20,538 nt of DNA from Candidatus Krumholzibacteriales bacterium (lineage in GTDB: Bacteria; Krumholzibacteriota; Krumholzibacteriia; Krumholzibacteriales; WJIX01), in contig JAWODM010000058.1 of the NCBI GenBank assembly GCA_046483305.1, forward strand, positions 1-20,538, given 5' to 3'. This document shows, in pieces, positions 17,278-20,538 of this stretch. Positions within the stretch are counted from its first letter, which is position 1, and the number at the start of each line of letters is the position of its first letter. The position numbers and the translations under genes were made by a program. The notes beneath the pieces were generated by a model. That model searched no databases, was not told where the DNA came from, and saw only the letters and a list, made by a program, of their open reading frames with translations.

Positions 17278-18156
17278 TTGGTTCGGCCGTATCATAAGGT
17301 TTTATTAATCGCTTTTATCATCTCCGTGCTGATTCAGTTCACGGGCTGCGGCGAGAAGAAGGAATTATCAGGGAAGGGCCTGGAGGAGGAATTTGTAAAG
17401 GAAGACCATCCTTCCGTCTACCGTCTCCCCGATTTCCAGAGATTCGGTGTGCACGACAGGAAGAGAGAGTTCTTCGATTTTATCCACCCAATTATAACAG
17501 CAGAAAACCAGCGGATAAGAGAGGACAAGTGGAAATTCAGAAAGCTCTACGCCAGGTGCCTCAACGGATACAGACTTACCGGCGATGAGAAGGGATTTGT
17601 CCGGGAACTGATGAATCGATACAAAGTCAGGGGAGAGGTTTCGGATGACCTTGCCTGGCAGATCCTGATGGAGAGGGTGGACGTGGTTCCTCTTCCCCTG
17701 GCCTCTGTTCAGGCCGCCATGGAATCAGGCTGGGGAACCTCCAGATTCGCCAGGCTGGGCAACAATCTCTTTGGACAGTGGTGTTTCAGGGAGTCCTGCG
17801 GTATTGTGCCGGACCGCAGGCCAGAGGGCGATATTTACGAAGTAGCCCGTTTCAGTACCGTGAATGAATCGGTTAGAAGCTATCTGCTGAATCTGAATAC
17901 CTTCAGCGCCTATAAGGAGTTCAGGTCTCTTCGCCTGAGACAGAGGCTGGAACGGGGCTCGCTGGACAGCTACGAGCTGGCCGGGGAGCTGAGCGCCTAT
18001 TCGGTCAGACGAGGCGAGTATATAGATGAACTTCGGCTGATGCTGAAGGTCAACAGGGAATTCTTCGAGGATTTCGGGTACCGGCCGCTTCTGGCTCAAA
18101 ACGACGGGGAAGGGCAGGATCTCTATTCACAGGGCGGTTCCGGTATTTCCCATTAA
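17278..18156 (+). CDS. Bax-like glucosaminidase (GH73) domain protein, probable lipoprotein
   Basis: QAAMESGWGTSRFARLGNNLFGQWC and YLLNLNT..AY motifs; hydrophobic N-terminus ending in FTGC; AAAGGAG SD before a TTG start. Confidence 0.85.
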   Translation: MVRPYHKVLLIAFIISVLIQFTGCGEKKELSGKGLEEEFVKEDHPSVYRLPDFQRFGVHDRKREFFDFIHPIITAENQRIREDKWKFRKLYARCLNGYRLTGDEKGFVRELMNRYKVRGEVSDDLAWQILMERVDVVPLPLASVQAAMESGWGTSRFARLGNNLFGQWCFRESCGIVPDRRPEGDIYEVARFSTVNESVRSYLLNLNTFSAYKEFRSLRLRQRLERGSLDSYELAGELSAYSVRRGEYIDELRLMLKVNREFFEDFGYRPLLAQNDGEGQDLYSQGGSGISH

Positions 18157-18173
18157 CACTCCGGCTGATAACA

Positions 18174-19244
18174 ATGATTCTTAGAAAATATTTTTCAGTA
18201 TCAATACTGGCGATGGCAATAATGATATGCTCTGCACGAATGGCCCTGCCCGCCGGTCACGCGGTAATACTTCAATACCATTTCTTCGGGGATGAGCACC
18301 CGCCCTCCACCACCGTGAGCATGGATATTTTCCGCCGGCATCTGGAGATAATCAGAGAGACCGGATGCAATGTATGGCCTCTGGGGAAGGTTGCCGGATA
18401 TCTCAGGGAAGGCAGAGAGCTGCCCGATATGTGTGTGGCAATTTCTATCGATGATGCCTACAGGTCGGCCTATACCAGGGCTCTTCCCATGCTGGAAGAT
18501 TTCGGTTATCCTGCCGCTCTGTTCATACCTGCCGGGGCGGTGGATTCGGGGCTGTCCGGTTATATGAGCTGGGACCAGATAAGGGATGCGATGAAACGGG
18601 GCATCGAACCGGCCAGCCACGGCTATCGGCACGGTTACATGATCCGCCGTCTGGAGGGGGAATCGGAAAGAGAGTGGGAGAAAAGGATAAAAGGGGATAT
18701 TCTGCTTTCCCTGAAAAGACTGAAAGAAGAGCTGAATACCGAAATAGATCTTTTTGCCTACCCTTACGGTGAGTATAACAACCGTCTGAAGGAGATGGTG
18801 GTAGAGTTGGGCCTGACCGCTTTCGGGCAGCAGTCGGGGCCGGCCGGAACCGGGAGCGACTTCGCCGCGCTTCCAAGATTCCCGGTCTCCGGAATATTTT
18901 CAGACCCGGAAAGCTTCCGGATAAAACTGACCAGCCTGCCCCTCCCGGTCGAATCGGCGGTCCCTGACAGTCCGGTAATAGGCCCGGATGATGAACCTCC
19001 GGCCCTCCGGCTTGAGCTGGGAGAGGGCGACTACATTATTTCAACGCTGGCATGTTATGTCAGCGGGCAGGGAAGAACAGAGGTGGAGTGGATAGATAGG
19101 AAGAAACGCCTTCTCAGGGTAAAAGCTGAAAAGCCGCTTCCGGCCGGAAGAAGCAGATATAATTTCACCGTCCGCCATTCAAGAGAGAACCGTTATTTCT
19201 GGTACAGCCACCTGTGGATAAAGACCGGCCGGCCTGCGGAATGA
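18174..19244 (+). CDS. Secreted polysaccharide deacetylase (CE4 / NodB domain) with C-terminal extension
   Basis: Signal peptide; ILQYH, ISIDDAY, SHGYRH, FAYPYGEY and LPRFP motifs. Confidence 0.88.
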   Translation: MILRKYFSVSILAMAIMICSARMALPAGHAVILQYHFFGDEHPPSTTVSMDIFRRHLEIIRETGCNVWPLGKVAGYLREGRELPDMCVAISIDDAYRSAYTRALPMLEDFGYPAALFIPAGAVDSGLSGYMSWDQIRDAMKRGIEPASHGYRHGYMIRRLEGESEREWEKRIKGDILLSLKRLKEELNTEIDLFAYPYGEYNNRLKEMVVELGLTAFGQQSGPAGTGSDFAALPRFPVSGIFSDPESFRIKLTSLPLPVESAVPDSPVIGPDDEPPALRLELGEGDYIISTLACYVSGQGRTEVEWIDRKKRLLRVKAEKPLPAGRSRYNFTVRHSRENRYFWYSHLWIKTGRPAE

Positions 19245-19251
19245 CTTCCGG

Positions 19252-20538
19252 TTATTCCTCAAGCTCCTTGAATTCTCCAAGGGTTCTGGTAAAAATATGA
19301 ATAGCGATCAGGCCCACTATCATATGAAGCCCCAATATGTACCAGACATAATCTGGATGGCCTCCGTCCCTGAAGTACCCGTACAGGGAGGTGTAAATAA
19401 CTCCGCTGAGAGCGCCTCCCAGGCCGGTAGAGAGAAAATTGGTGCCCATATACAGGCCCGCTTTCTCCTTGGGAGCTATCCATGTGATATATTCCTGTAT
19501 CCTGGGGCTGGACAGCATTTCCCCGAGAGCGAACAGGGCTATTCCGAGAAGCACCATCGCCGGCGCGGTTGAGTGCGAAATTCCTATCACAAGGAATCCG
19601 GCGAACATTATAAACAGCCCGGAAAGAAATGTTGGTATGGCCCTGAACCTCTCGGCAATACGCGAAACAAAGATCTGAAGTATCATTATCACGTATCCGG
19701 TATGAGCGATGGTTTCTCCCATCAGTTTTCTGGTTCCGTCTTCGGTCTGGTGAGAAAGGAAGTTTGCGAAGGAGGTGCCGAATACGGATTTCACATTCAT
19801 GAACAGGCGCGCCGTATCCAGATTCTTGTCGATATAAATAGCGGCCAGATTGAAAAATGCCCAGAATGGCAGCCAGAAGAACACCCCCAGAAGGACCAGA
19901 AAGAGAAGATACTTTCCGTCCGAGAGGGCCACCCATATATCTCTGAACTTTTCTCCCAGGGTGATACCGCTGATCTCCCTTTCCGGTTCCTTGTAAAAGA
20001 ATATTGTAATCAGCAACATTATCCCTATCGATATAGCCGCTGCCAGAAAAGCATAATTCCAGGAGATAGCTCTGAGTCTTCCGGCTATCAGAGGACCGAA
20101 AGAAGCTCCCACATTCACCATCGCGTAGAAAATGCCGAAACCGAGTGTTTTGTTGGTTTTGTCAGTTACCGCCCTTACCGTTCCCGATACCAGCGGTTTG
20201 AAAATACCCGCGGCCAGAGCTATGCTCAACATTGTCAGAGCCACTCCGGAGTAGGATTTGGTCACTATCAGCAGTATTATGGAAGGAAGGTAGGCGAGAT
20301 ACGATACTATCAGGACCTTCTTGAATCCGTATCTGTCAGCGAATGTGCCTGAAATGAGAGGTATGGTATAGGATATCAGGAGGAATATGCTCTGAACCAC
20401 ACCCAGCTGGCCCTTGCTGTAGCCGAGATATTCCATGTATATCCCGAATCCCATATAAATTCCGTAATATGAGAATCTCTCCAGCACCTCTACCAGGTTT
20501 GCCACCCAGAATACCTTCGGGAACCGAGTTCTCTCCAT
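19252..20538 (-). CDS. MFS transporter, POT/PTR (di/tripeptide:H+ symporter)-like
   Basis: EVLERFSYYG matches the ExxERFxYYG signature; GTFADRYG motif A, GIFKP, GFGIFYAMVNVG; many TM segments. The start lies at the window edge. Confidence 0.87.
   Translation of the reverse strand: MERTRFPKVFWVANLVEVLERFSYYGIYMGFGIYMEYLGYSKGQLGVVQSIFLLISYTIPLISGTFADRYGFKKVLIVSYLAYLPSIILLIVTKSYSGVALTMLSIALAAGIFKPLVSGTVRAVTDKTNKTLGFGIFYAMVNVGASFGPLIAGRLRAISWNYAFLAAAISIGIMLLITIFFYKEPEREISGITLGEKFRDIWVALSDGKYLLFLVLLGVFFWLPFWAFFNLAAIYIDKNLDTARLFMNVKSVFGTSFANFLSHQTEDGTRKLMGETIAHTGYVIMILQIFVSRIAERFRAIPTFLSGLFIMFAGFLVIGISHSTAPAMVLLGIALFALGEMLSSPRIQEYITWIAPKEKAGLYMGTNFLSTGLGGALSGVIYTSLYGYFRDGGHPDYVWYILGLHMIVGLIAIHIFTRTLGEFKELEE

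Overview
Bacterial chromosomal window with about 17 mostly housekeeping genes. In order: prolyl oligopeptidase, GT4 glycosyltransferase, DsbD, histidine phosphatase, SplB-like radical SAM protein, rhomboid, LOG-family protein, MenA, PLP threonine/serine dehydratase, a glnA-gatE-gatD cluster on the minus strand, folE, a Bax/GH73 lipoprotein, a polysaccharide deacetylase and a POT-type MFS transporter. No CRISPR array, rRNA, tRNA or mobile element was recognised. Three observations stand out. (1) The 560-bp gap at 10927-11487 holds what looks like a complete minus-strand transcription unit that the ORF track misses: three TGTAAA-N6-TTTACA boxes, a consensus IHF site, a sigma54 -24/-12 promoter, a Shine-Dalgarno (SD) sequence, a 25-aa ORF (MFFFTNIALIASLLA-GKAIW-GKAIW) and an intrinsic terminator. 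(2) The archaeal-type GatDE amidotransferase sits in a bacterial context directly behind glutamine synthetase. (3) glnA probably starts at a non-canonical ATT codon. The first ~160 nt look foreign to the prolyl oligopeptidase gene and may be a junction.
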